NCBI RefSeq assembly: GCF_025643275.1
Contig: NZ_CP089977.1
Span: forward strand, 1-32,000
Length of the DNA: 32,000 nt
Direction: 5' to 3'
Origin: Moraxella nasicaprae
GTDB taxonomy: Bacteria > Pseudomonadota > Gammaproteobacteria > Pseudomonadales > Moraxellaceae
Part shown: piece by piece, positions 19,246-28,430 of the stretch
How the letters are laid out: each line of letters starts with the position of its first letter
Position numbering within the stretch: the first letter of the stretch is position 1
Notes under the pieces: model-generated
The model's database searches: none
Told to the model about the DNA's origin: nothing
The model's input: only the letters and a program-made list of their open reading frames with translations
Program-made: the position numbers and the translations under genes

Positions 19246-19788
19246 CTAATCTGTTTTTTCTGGGTGACTGCTTAGATAGTGATAACCCACACTTTCGCCC
19301 ACATCGCCCACGAAGCCAAACTGTCGCCACACTTCATATAGGCAGATGGACGCTGAGTTGGCAAGATTAAGACTGCGAGATTCTGGCAACATCGGTAATC
19401 TTAGCCAGTTTTGCTTGCCAATATCATCACGCACCACTTCTGGCAGACCGTCTGTTTCTGAACCAAACACCAACGCAACAGGCGAATTGTCATCATCAAC
19501 AAAAGCATATTCATAAAAAGGACGGCTAAATTTGGTGGTCATCGCCACGATTTTAACGACCCCTTTGCTCATCAGTGATGCTTTGCAACTTGCCCAATCG
19601 TCATGCACCTGCATTTGGGCATATTCGTGATAATCAAGCCCTGCTCGTTTTAGCTTGGTGTCATCAAGCTCAAAACCCAAAGGACGCACCAAATGTAATT
19701 TTGCCCCTGTATTGGCACACAAACGAATGATACTGCCCGTATTATTGGGGATTTTTGGCGAATATAAAACAATGTGAATTAGGCTCAT
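19246..19788 (-). CDS. trmL: tRNA (cytidine/uridine-2'-O)-methyltransferase, SpoU/TrmL type
   Basis: 180-aa ORF. IHIVLYSPKIPNNTGSIIRLCANTGAKLHLVRPLGF and LNLANSASICLYE are YibK/TrmL-like SPOUT motifs. Confidence 0.85.
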   Translation of the reverse strand: MSLIHIVLYSPKIPNNTGSIIRLCANTGAKLHLVRPLGFELDDTKLKRAGLDYHEYAQMQVHDDWASCKASLMSKGVVKIVAMTTKFSRPFYEYAFVDDDNSPVALVFGSETDGLPEVVRDDIGKQNWLRLPMLPESRSLNLANSASICLYEVWRQFGFVGDVGESVGYHYLSSHPEKTD

Positions 19789-19824
19789 AATTTCAATTTT
19801 TTTAATATCTAACTGTTTTAAAAG

Positions 19825-21009
19825 TTATAAAAATTCTCTAACCAGATGATTGACATAACGAAAACCCAATGCCGTTGGTGCAATACGCAATGGGTCAAAC
19901 ACCATCAAGCCTTGATGTTGTAATGGTATCATTTCATTATCAATGGTGCTGACGAATAATCCTGTACGCCGCTCAAAATCGTCCGTACTGACCCCGTCAC
20001 GCAGTCTAAGTGCATTCATCATGAATTCAAAAGGTAGATTTTGTTCATCGATTTTGTCAAAATTAACCATTTTTGGCACATCGGTGTAATTCAGATAGTC
20101 TTTTGGCAGTCTGGATTTTTGGAAGCGATAGATGCCATCTTGGTGTGTATGATGGTCTAGGAGCGTGATTTTGCCATGAGCCCCCGCCCCAATCGCCAGA
20201 TAATCGCCAAAAGTCCAATAATTTAGATTGTGCTGACAAGGCGTGTCGGTTGCACCAACCCAAGCAGACACTTCATAATTAGTAAAACCTTGCGAGGTCA
20301 GCAACGCCCTCCCCTGCTCTTCGATGGCCTCCATGGTCTCTTCATTAGGCAAAGTTGGTGGCGTGCGATAAAATGCCGTATTTGGCTCAATGGTCAGCTG
20401 ATACCAAGAAATATGCGTCGCCCCTGCATCAATGGCGGTACGAAGGTCTGATAGTGCGTCATCAGCTGTTTGGTTTGGCAATCCATACATCAAATCAGCA
20501 TTGATGCGTGTAAATCCCGCCTGTTTTGCCAGCCAAATTGCTTTAATGGCTTGACTGGCTTCATGAATCCTGCCCAAGTCGGTCAAAAATCTGTCACCAA
20601 AACTTTGCACTCCGATGGAAATTCGGTTAATGCCAATATTAAGATACTCTTCAAAAGGTGCATGTTCAAGCGTACCAGGATTGCATTCTAAGGTAATCTC
20701 GCAATCAGCACGAATCGAAAAAATCTGCCTAAGCCCAGTAAATAGTCGTTCAAATTGAGCAACAGGCATCAATGATGGTGTACCACCACCAATAAAGATG
20801 GTGCTGATTTGTCGCCCACCTGTCAAATCCGCTTGGCTTTTGGCATCAGCAAGCAAGGCATCAACATAGCTGGCAAACGGTGCTTGCTCAGGCAAAGCAT
20901 GCGAATTAAAATCACAATAAGGGCATTTTTTGACACACCATGGAATGTGAATATATAGCCCAAGATGAATATGTTCGATTTGTAGTAACTGGAAGTTTTT
21001 TTCCAACAT
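19825..21009 (-). CDS. hemW: Radical SAM heme chaperone HemW (HemN-like, oxygen-independent coproporphyrinogen oxidase family)
   Basis: 394-aa ORF with the radical SAM CxxxCxxC motif (HIPWCVKKCPYCDF), GGGTPS, and a HemN C-terminal-like domain. It lies 36 nt upstream of trmL, so they are probably one operon. Confidence 0.88.
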   Translation of the reverse strand: MLEKNFQLLQIEHIHLGLYIHIPWCVKKCPYCDFNSHALPEQAPFASYVDALLADAKSQADLTGGRQISTIFIGGGTPSLMPVAQFERLFTGLRQIFSIRADCEITLECNPGTLEHAPFEEYLNIGINRISIGVQSFGDRFLTDLGRIHEASQAIKAIWLAKQAGFTRINADLMYGLPNQTADDALSDLRTAIDAGATHISWYQLTIEPNTAFYRTPPTLPNEETMEAIEEQGRALLTSQGFTNYEVSAWVGATDTPCQHNLNYWTFGDYLAIGAGAHGKITLLDHHTHQDGIYRFQKSRLPKDYLNYTDVPKMVNFDKIDEQNLPFEFMMNALRLRDGVSTDDFERRTGLFVSTIDNEMIPLQHQGLMVFDPLRIAPTALGFRYVNHLVREFL

Positions 21010-21349
21010 TGACGGTCTCGTTTAGATGGATAATATTCAATGAGTGGTGTTTGATTGATGATGTTTGCTGGTTGTTTAAGATGAATCATCATCAGATTGG
21101 CGATGGTATTTTGGGATAGTATTGGTGTGATTTTTATCATCATCTATCAGTATGCCAAAAAATACCCAGTCAATCACCGTATCGATGCCTAACATTGGTA
21201 TTTAGTTTGACACAAACAATGAGGACTGGTTGATTGCATCAAAACTTATCTGTCGTTGATTGGCATACTGATGGGCTGGTGGCGTGATTGACCCAAGATT
21301 TGGGATAATTTAGGTCAATGCCTGACCAACCCATCTTGATAATCTTGGG

Positions 21350-22585
21350 TTATTCTCTGTCCTGACCATCGTCAAATTCAAACTGTTTGAGCTTAAACTT
21401 CATGTCCAAATGATGCTCCAATGCAGGCAGGTTAAAGGCATCATTTTCGCTCACGAAGCTGATGGACACCCCAGACACACCTGCACGACCTGTGCGTCCA
21501 ATGCGATGCACATAATCGTCAGGTATCTCTGGTAAAGTGTAATTGATGACATGGGAGATGTCGTCCACATGAATGCCTCGACCTGCCACATCGGTTGCCA
21601 CCAAGATATCCACCTCGCCATCTTTGAAACGCTGCAAATATCGCTCTCGTTTTTGTTGAGCGACATCGCCTGACAGCATGGTTACCTGATGATGTTTGCG
21701 TAAATTGTCATACAATCGCTTGACTTGGTCTTTGCGATTGGCAAAAATGATGGTTTTGGTCACTTCTGATTTGGATAAAATCTGACGCAATGCCGTCATT
21801 TTCTCTTTTTCGGTCAAAAGATAAAACTGCTGGTCAATCAAGTGATTGGTCTTGCTTTCTGGTTCAATCTCCACAAAGGTAGGTTGATATAGCCAGCGAT
21901 ACGCCAAATTCATCACATCGGTATTAAAAGTTGCTGAAAATAACAAACTTTGGCGGTCGGTATTGGCGGGCAAATGACGCACGATTCGCTTAATATCAGG
22001 AATGAAACCCATGTCAAGCATGCGGTCAGCTTCATCTAAGACAAAGACCTCAACACGGTCAAGAAATAACACGCCCTTATTAACCCAATCAATAATTCGA
22101 CCGGGTGTACCAATAAGAATATCAAGTGGCTTTTTATTGATTTGGGTAGCTTGTTTATCAAAATCAGCCCCGCCAGTGATGCACAAACTGTACAAATCAC
22201 TAAATTTGGTCAGTTCACGGCAATCTGATAAAATCTGTTGTGCCAGCTCACGAGTCGGTGCTAGTACCAATGCTCGTGGCTCACCCAGATAACGCTGCTC
22301 TTCTTTGGCAAAGGGTTTTTTGAGCAAGGCTTCAATGATGGTAATCAAAAAAGTTGCGGTTTTTCCCGTGCCAGTTTGAGCCTGCCCAATCGCATCTTGG
22401 GCTGCCAAAGTATGCGGTAAAATCTGCGATTGGATTGGCGTTAAGTGCTTAAAGTTTAGTGCCTTGACTGCTTTTAGGACAGCTGTGCTTAATGGCAAAT
22501 CGTCAAAATCCACAAAAGCCTCTGACTCCAATGGAGTATTGTCTGTTGCCAAATCAATCGCTGGCGTATTCATATCAATGGTCAA
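21350..22585 (-). CDS. rhlB: DEAD-box ATP-dependent RNA helicase (RhlB-like)
   Basis: 411-aa ORF with Q motif TPIQ, motif I GQAQTGTGKT (the RhlB-type context), DEAD, SAT and HRIGRTGRAG. The orthologue assignment to RhlB is less certain than the family call. Confidence 0.85.
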   Translation of the reverse strand: MTIDMNTPAIDLATDNTPLESEAFVDFDDLPLSTAVLKAVKALNFKHLTPIQSQILPHTLAAQDAIGQAQTGTGKTATFLITIIEALLKKPFAKEEQRYLGEPRALVLAPTRELAQQILSDCRELTKFSDLYSLCITGGADFDKQATQINKKPLDILIGTPGRIIDWVNKGVLFLDRVEVFVLDEADRMLDMGFIPDIKRIVRHLPANTDRQSLLFSATFNTDVMNLAYRWLYQPTFVEIEPESKTNHLIDQQFYLLTEKEKMTALRQILSKSEVTKTIIFANRKDQVKRLYDNLRKHHQVTMLSGDVAQQKRERYLQRFKDGEVDILVATDVAGRGIHVDDISHVINYTLPEIPDDYVHRIGRTGRAGVSGVSISFVSENDAFNLPALEHHLDMKFKLKQFEFDDGQDRE

Positions 22586-22611
22586 GATTGCCGTTCTCGT
22601 CTTGGTTGAGG

Positions 22612-23055
22612 TTATTTTGCTGGTTTGTTTTGTGATTTGATGTCAGCAATGCAAGTATTCATGCTTTCATTGTACACATATTGCACAAAGCCGATTTTAT
22701 CTTCTTCTTTTTCAAAGACTTCAACTGAGTATAAGCCATCAACATTACCCTTCCAGAATTTGCCCAAATCCGCCAAGACCTGCTTATCTTCTTTGTCTGT
22801 GACATCTTTGGACGCTTCTTTGATGAAGTCGTCTAGTTTTTTGTTTGCTTCTGCCTTGCTGACACCACTTTGACGCATATCAGCAGTTGCCACCAAGCCC
22901 AGTGTTGCAAAAGAACAAAAATCCAGCATTTTGGCTTCTTCTGGGGTTGGTGCTGGTTGTTGTGCTGGTGTGCCATCTTTTGCCACGCCAAGCGTTGAAA
23001 CCATCAATAGACCACCAGTAACCAGTGCTTTAAAAGTGTTTGAAACTTGCATCAT
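22612..23055 (-). CDS. Hypothetical secreted/periplasmic protein (147 aa)
   Basis: I chose the ATG at 23055 because TAAGGAAG lies 5 nt upstream. It has a signal peptide (MMQVSNTFKALVTGGLLMVSTLGVA) and two Cys in the mature part. Its stop is 26 nt upstream of the helicase gene. No family recognised. Confidence 0.7.
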   Translation of the reverse strand: MMQVSNTFKALVTGGLLMVSTLGVAKDGTPAQQPAPTPEEAKMLDFCSFATLGLVATADMRQSGVSKAEANKKLDDFIKEASKDVTDKEDKQVLADLGKFWKGNVDGLYSVEVFEKEEDKIGFVQYVYNESMNTCIADIKSQNKPAK

Positions 23056-23242
23056 TAACTTCCTTAGAAAATCATTATTAAAAAGAATGCTTGCCATTAT
23101 CGCATGTTTGGCCTAGATTTTCAAAGGATAAAGTGAATTTTTTGCATATTAGATGAATCACTTTGGTCATCATGAGTGATTTTACTTGATAAAAATGACT
23201 CAAAATGGCGGTCAGATAAGGTGATTATTTCTCATTGCTCAT

Positions 23243-23273
23243 AAAAAATAGGGCAAATCATCGCCCTATTTTA
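23243..23273 (-). terminator. Rho-independent terminator downstream of the DASS transporter gene
   Basis: On the minus strand: ATAGGGC-GATGATTT-GCCCTAT followed by TTTTTTAT. It starts about 12 nt past the stop. Confidence 0.8.
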
Positions 23274-23284
23274 TGGATGATTTA

Positions 23285-24676
23285 TTATTGATGCCGCCAA
23301 ACAGTATAGGCAAGTCCGCCAATGATGGCAATGGCACAAATATTTAAAATCAAGCCAACTTTAACCATTTGCTGTTGCTTGATATGCCCTGTGGCAAATA
23401 CAATGGCATTGGGTGGTGTAGCAATCGGCAACATAAAGGCACAGCTTGCCCCACAAGCAATAATTGCCGCCAGCGAAATTTCTGGCACGCCAAGCGACTG
23501 AGCCACGGCAATAAAAATCGGTGTCAAAAGGGCGGCACTGGCAGTATTGGAGGTAAATTCCGTCCAAAATACAATAAATGCCGCAAGCGACAGCATAATA
23601 ATCAGCCAATGAGCCTGCCCAACAAAAGCAACCAAAGTATCGGCAACGATTTTACTTGCTCCAGAATCCTTTAACACAAGGCTTAACGCCAATCCACCAC
23701 CAAACAGCATCAACACACCCCATTCGGTGCGTTCTTGAACTTGTTGCCAAGTGGCGGTTTTTAGTGCCATCAAAATACAAATAATCGCCATTATCATAAT
23801 GCTATCAAAATTGGCAATTTTCTCTTTTAGCCCAAGAAAAGAAGACAGCACAGGATTAATCAAAGAACCAAAGCACAGCACAACCACCGTAACAGCAAAC
23901 ATCACAAGGGTAATTTTTTGGGTGTTGTTTAGCTTTTCAACGGCTTGATTGCTTAGGTCAATTTGTTGATTTAAATTGGGTTTTAAAACCACTTGCAAGG
24001 AAAATAATAGGCTTGGCAAAAGCAAAATCATTACAGGTGTGCCGTATTTAAACCACTGGGCAAAGCTAATGTCAAGCTGGGTTGCCAAAATGGCATTGGG
24101 TGTTGAACCCACCAAAGTCCCAATGCCGCCAATGCTGGCACAAAACGCCACACCAAGCAAAGTATAGGCATAGGTGGTCTGGTACTTTTTGACATCAATT
24201 GTACTTAACAGCCCAATGGTCAAAGGCAACATCATCGCCGCCACCGCTGTGTTATTAATCCACATAGACAGTAAGGCGGTTACAGCAAACAGGTAATAGA
24301 CCGCTCGTTTTAGACTACCGCCCGACCAACGAATGATATAACTTGCCAACATTTTATCCAAATTTTGTACCTGCAAAATCGCCGCCAGTACAAAACCACC
24401 AAAAAACATAAAAATAATTGGTTCAGAAAAGGTAGAAAACGCCTGCTTGGTGGTCAAAAGTCCGCCAAACACCGCCAGCACAGGAATCATCAATGCCGTT
24501 ACGGTAATATGATAGGCTTCGGTCAGCCACAAAATCCCCGCAAAAACAAGCAATACCAAGCCACGATTTTCCATCGTAGAAAAAGGCAAAACATTGAGCA
24601 AAATCATACAAATTAGCACATTAATTGCCAAAATAAAATGGCTTTTGTGCGGGCTTTTTAGAAGGTTTATCATCAT
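23285..24676 (-). CDS. SLC13/DASS-family anion:sodium symporter (di/tricarboxylate or sulfate type)
   Basis: 463-aa polytopic membrane ORF with the duplicated hairpin SNT/PN signatures (GSTPNAI, FTSNTASAALLTPI, ATPPNAI) typical of DASS permeases. Confidence 0.85.
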   Translation of the reverse strand: MMINLLKSPHKSHFILAINVLICMILLNVLPFSTMENRGLVLLVFAGILWLTEAYHITVTALMIPVLAVFGGLLTTKQAFSTFSEPIIFMFFGGFVLAAILQVQNLDKMLASYIIRWSGGSLKRAVYYLFAVTALLSMWINNTAVAAMMLPLTIGLLSTIDVKKYQTTYAYTLLGVAFCASIGGIGTLVGSTPNAILATQLDISFAQWFKYGTPVMILLLPSLLFSLQVVLKPNLNQQIDLSNQAVEKLNNTQKITLVMFAVTVVVLCFGSLINPVLSSFLGLKEKIANFDSIMIMAIICILMALKTATWQQVQERTEWGVLMLFGGGLALSLVLKDSGASKIVADTLVAFVGQAHWLIIMLSLAAFIVFWTEFTSNTASAALLTPIFIAVAQSLGVPEISLAAIIACGASCAFMLPIATPPNAIVFATGHIKQQQMVKVGLILNICAIAIIGGLAYTVWRHQ

Positions 24677-24840
24677 AAGCTCCGTTTTTACTAAAATATT
24701 TGATTGTTATTACCAAATATTATATTGAGTTTTATTGATGATAACATATTTTAAAGATTGATGTCATCAGCGAAAATCGCATGACAATCACAACCAAGAA
24801 GACGCTTTATTTTTTAATCAAACCCAAAAAAATAAAATCC

Positions 24841-25346
24841 CTACCCCAATATCAATTCATAAATATTTAAATCAATCATCGTGCCATAAAGATTTTGGGC
24901 ATTTAATAAAGTTTCTTTAAACTTAAACTGGCATTTGATTGCCACTTGATTGCTACCGATATGATGACACCCTGCTCTTAGGGTTAATTTTTGGCTAAGA
25001 TTATTTGATTTGACAATCTCAATCAATTGCAAAACTGCCTTTGTTGTTATACCCTTACCTTGATAAGTTTCATCAATCCAACAACCAATCAGTCCATTAT
25101 CAATCGTTAAATCACGAATATTAACCACGCCGATGATTTTATTGCCTTGTATGATGAAATAATGCAAGCCCTTGCCATCATTATCCGCTTGAATACAAGC
25201 ATTGATAAAATTAAGGGTATCATTAACTGTTGTAATATTACCAGCCACGGCAAAGTGCGTTTTAGATAGGCACGATTTTTATTGGTTAATTCAAATAATT
25301 CTTGGGCATCATTGATATTAAAGGGTTTTAGAATAGTATCGCCCAC
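24841..25346 (-). pseudogene. GNAT-family (RimJ/RimL-like) N-acetyltransferase, interrupted by a frameshift
   Basis: ORF 25107-25346 encodes a sensible GNAT N-terminus only as far as ...NRAYLKRTLPW. The rest of the GNAT fold (AGNITTVNDTLNFINAC ... QGKGITTKAV ...) continues in another frame (24841-25248). One nucleotide appears to be missing near 25241-25275. Confidence 0.7.
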
Positions 25347-25373
25347 TTTATCATTAGTCCTTTATTTAATTTA

Positions 25374-25410
25374 AATGGGGCGATTTAAAAACCGCCCCAT
25401 TTTTATTTTA
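25374..25410. terminator. GC-rich hairpin between gyrA and the GNAT gene (probable gyrA terminator)
   Basis: 9-bp stem AATGGGGCG (25374-25382) / CGCCCCATT (25392-25400). The T-tract is stronger on the plus strand (TTTTATTTTA). In the gyrA direction the hairpin is followed by UUAAAUUAAAU. Confidence 0.55.
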
Positions 25411-25493
25411 ATGACTTGTAAAATGATAATAATGCCATATTGAGCATATTGACACCATAAGAACAAATTGCCATCTGCCCTTATATTGGCTCA

Positions 25494-28169
25494 TTATTCC
25501 ACAGTGGCATTATCACTGCTTTCAGTCATTTCGCCATCATCAGCCTCTTCGTGCTCTACACACGCCATGCCAACCAACGCCTCTTGTTCGCCAATGCGAA
25601 TGAGTTTGACGCCTTGTGCATTACGACCAGCTGTAGCGATTTGAGCAACAGGGGTACGCACCAAAGTGCCTTTATCGGAGATTAAAATCACATCTTCATC
25701 ACCTGTGACGGCAACCGCTCGCACAAGCTGACCGTTGCGTTCCGAAGTTTTGATGGCAATCACACCCTTACCGCCACGCCCTTTGGTTGGGTAATCATTG
25801 ATTGGTGTGCGTTTGCCAAAGCCATTTTCACAAGCACACAAAATCTCGCCTGTATCAGGAGCAACCACCAACGACACCACACGGCTGATGGCAAAGCTGC
25901 TTTCATCGTCTGCATTGTCATCATCTGGCATGTCTTCTTCATCAAAATCGTTGGCAAGCAGATTAACACGCATACCTCGCACGCCCTTGGCGACACGGCT
26001 CATTGCACGAATGCTATTTTCTTTAAAGCGAATCGCTTTACCTTCATTGGAGAACAGCATGATTTCTTGGTTGCCATCTGTAATAGCAACCCCAATCAGC
26101 ATATCACCCTCTGCCAAATCAATGGCTCTTAGACCACTGGCTCTAAGATTGGCAAATTGTGATAATGCCACTCGTTTGACCGTACCGCTTGCGGTAGCAA
26201 AAAAGACAAATTTATCATCTGCTTTTAAGTCGTCCACAGGCAAGATGGCGGTCACGCTTTCGTCAGGTTCGATGTTAATCAGATTGACAAGCGGACGACC
26301 TTTTGAGCCACGAGAAGCAATCGGCACTTCAAAACCACGCAAACCAAACACTCGCCCTGTATTGGTAAAGCACAGAATATGGGCGTGTGTGCTGGTTACA
26401 AGCAGATGTTCGATGACATCATCTTCTTTCATGGCGGTGGCAGATTTGCCCTTACCGCCTCGTTTTTGGGCTTGATAATCGCTGATTGGCTGGGTTTTGG
26501 CATAGCCTGTATGCGAAACTGTCATCACTACGGTTTGTTCTGGAATCAAATCCTCACGGCTAAAATCAGCTCGTGCGTCCACGATGTCTGTTCTGCGTTC
26601 ATCGCCAAATTCATCACGAATCTCAATCAATTCTTGACGCACCACACCCATCAAGACATCAAAATCGTTCAAAATCATCATCAGGCGAGCAATCTCACTT
26701 AAAATCTCACGATACTCGCCCGTCAGTTTTTCTTGTTCCAACCCCGTCAAACGGTGTAGCTGCATGTCCAAAATAGCACCGACTTGGTCGGGTGATAGAC
26801 GATAGCGTGTGTCATTATCAATCAAACCAAATGGTGCATTGAGGTCTTCGCCCTCAATGACATCAGGGCGAATGGAGGTGCTGCCAGCCGCTTCAAGCAT
26901 TGCCACCACACCACCTGCCAGCCAAGTATTGGCAAGCAATCGCTCACGAGCTTCGGCACGGTTGGCTGATGCTTTGATGGTTTCGATGACTTCATCAATA
27001 TTGGCAAGAGCAATGGTCAAGCCCTCTAACAGATGACCACGCACTTTGGCTTTATTTAGCTCAAAAATAGTACGGCGAGTCACTACTTCTTGGCGATGGC
27101 GAATGAATGCCGCCACCAAGTCACGCAAAGTCATCAATCTAGGTTGGCCATCGTCCAATGCCACCATGTTGATGCTAAAACTTGACTCCAAGGCAGTTTG
27201 ATTAAAGAGATTGTTAATCATCACTTCTGCATTTTCGCCACGACGCAACTCAATGACGACACGCACACCCTCTTTGTCTGACTCATCTCTAACCGCACTA
27301 ATACCTTCTAGTTTTTTGTCATTGACCAGATGGGCGATCTGTTCAATGAGCTTGGCTTTATTGACTTGATAAGGGATTTCGGTAAAAACAATGCGTTCAC
27401 GGTCTTTATTAGCACCGCTCTCGCCCATCGCTTCAATGTGATAACGACCACGCAAATGTAGGCGACCTTTGCCAGTTCGATAAGCGTCCATGATACCACT
27501 ACGACCATAAATCACACCACCTGTCGGAAAATCAGGGCCCGTGATGTGCGTAATGAGCTCGTCAGTGCTGATGTTTTGGTTGTTGGCATAGGCAAGGCAG
27601 GCATTAAGCACTTCGGTTAGGTTGTGTGGTGCCATATTGGTTGCCATACCAACTGCAATGCCTGTGATGCCATTGACCAGTAGATTTGGAATGCGAGCGG
27701 GCAGAACGCTTGGCATCTTTTCTGAGCCGTCATAGTTATCTTCCCAATCAACCGTGTCTTTATCAAGGTCGGCAAGCATTTGGCGAGTTAATTTTTGCAT
27801 GCGTACTTCGGTATAACGCATTGCCGCTGGCGAATCACCGTCCATTGAGCCAAAGTTACCCTGACCATCGACCAGCGTATAACGCAAACTAAACGGCTGT
27901 GCCATACGAACAATGGCATCATAAGCTGCTATATCGCCGTGCGGGTGATATTTACCGATGACATCGCCGACAACACGAGCAGATTTTTTGTAGGGTTTAT
28001 CGTGATAATTGGACAGCTCGTGCATGGCATACATCACACGGCGATGGACTGGTTTCAATCCGTCTCGCACATCAGGCAAAGCACGAGAAACGATGACACT
28101 CATCGCATAATCTAGGTATGAGCGTTTTAGCTCATCAACAATGCCAATCGGACTGACAGAATCACTCAT
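25494..28169 (-). CDS. gyrA: DNA gyrase subunit A
   Basis: [44 protein letters not shown] is a canonical GyrA N-terminus. The catalytic region and QRDR ([26 protein letters not shown]) are present, as is a C-terminal beta-pinwheel with an acidic tail. The ATG at 28169 has GAAGGAAG 5 nt upstream. The track's start at 28214 is a TTG and adds a non-conserved extension. Confidence 0.96.
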   Translation of the reverse strand: MSDSVSPIGIVDELKRSYLDYAMSVIVSRALPDVRDGLKPVHRRVMYAMHELSNYHDKPYKKSARVVGDVIGKYHPHGDIAAYDAIVRMAQPFSLRYTLVDGQGNFGSMDGDSPAAMRYTEVRMQKLTRQMLADLDKDTVDWEDNYDGSEKMPSVLPARIPNLLVNGITGIAVGMATNMAPHNLTEVLNACLAYANNQNISTDELITHITGPDFPTGGVIYGRSGIMDAYRTGKGRLHLRGRYHIEAMGESGANKDRERIVFTEIPYQVNKAKLIEQIAHLVNDKKLEGISAVRDESDKEGVRVVIELRRGENAEVMINNLFNQTALESSFSINMVALDDGQPRLMTLRDLVAAFIRHRQEVVTRRTIFELNKAKVRGHLLEGLTIALANIDEVIETIKASANRAEARERLLANTWLAGGVVAMLEAAGSTSIRPDVIEGEDLNAPFGLIDNDTRYRLSPDQVGAILDMQLHRLTGLEQEKLTGEYREILSEIARLMMILNDFDVLMGVVRQELIEIRDEFGDERRTDIVDARADFSREDLIPEQTVVMTVSHTGYAKTQPISDYQAQKRGGKGKSATAMKEDDVIEHLLVTSTHAHILCFTNTGRVFGLRGFEVPIASRGSKGRPLVNLINIEPDESVTAILPVDDLKADDKFVFFATASGTVKRVALSQFANLRASGLRAIDLAEGDMLIGVAITDGNQEIMLFSNEGKAIRFKENSIRAMSRVAKGVRGMRVNLLANDFDEEDMPDDDNADDESSFAISRVVSLVVAPDTGEILCACENGFGKRTPINDYPTKGRGGKGVIAIKTSERNGQLVRAVAVTGDEDVILISDKGTLVRTPVAQIATAGRNAQGVKLIRIGEQEALVGMACVEHEEADDGEMTESSDNATVE

Positions 28170-28239
28170 AAAACTTCCTTCAAAAAGCTGTGGGTAATAC
28201 AACCCAGCAGACAATTTATCTTCACAAAAATATCAAGGT

Positions 28240-28269
28240 ATTATAGCACAAAACCACCAAAATTGGCTA
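28240..28269 (-). promoter_or_regulatory. Candidate extended -10 sigma70 promoter for gyrA
   Basis: On the minus strand: TGCTATAAT (28248-28240) with a weak -35 (TAGCCA or AGCCAA) 17-18 nt upstream, about 65 nt ahead of the start codon. This is pattern match only. Confidence 0.45.
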
Positions 28270-28392
28270 ATATATTCATAAAAAACCACACAAAACACGC
28301 CATAATGACAAAACCATCGCCTCAAATCAGACCGACAAGAACAAGGTTTGGCATAAGTATCATCGCTTTTTGTTTACTTGATTTACTTGGCA

Positions 28393-28422
28393 TAAAAAAA
28401 GCCCTGCCAGTTGCAGAGCTTT
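28393..28422 (-). terminator. Rho-independent terminator downstream of leuA
   Basis: On the minus strand: AGCUCUGC-AACU-GCAGGGCU hairpin (one G-U pair) followed by UUUUUUAU. It starts about 9 nt past the leuA stop. Confidence 0.8.
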
Positions 28423-28430
28423 TGATGGTT

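Noticed and set aside
20823-21143. 106-aa minus-strand ORF spanning the hemW start region
   Set aside because: It overlaps the well-supported hemW N-terminus in another frame, and its product has no recognisable features. The part upstream of hemW is only about 45 codons with no Shine-Dalgarno sequence.
25798-26475. 225-aa plus-strand ORF antisense to gyrA. Similar long antisense ORFs occur at 8826-9293 (dnaX), 15588-16079 and 17248-17649 (glnE), and 29854-30225 (leuA).
   Set aside because: Each lies entirely inside a strongly supported, conserved gene on the opposite strand. Their translations are Ser/Leu/Arg-rich low-complexity sequences with no recognisable motifs or ribosome-binding sites. 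This is typical of stop-codon-poor antisense frames.
28170-28214. N-terminal 15-aa extension of GyrA (track start at 28214). The same issue arises for the GTG start at 18518 for the TusC-like gene and the ATG at 31115 for the Lrp/AsnC gene.
   Set aside because: 28214 is a TTG with no Shine-Dalgarno sequence, whereas the ATG at 28169 has GAAGGAAG upstream and yields the canonical GyrA N-terminus. In the same way, internal ATGs with better ribosome-binding sites or canonical N-termini were preferred for the other two genes.
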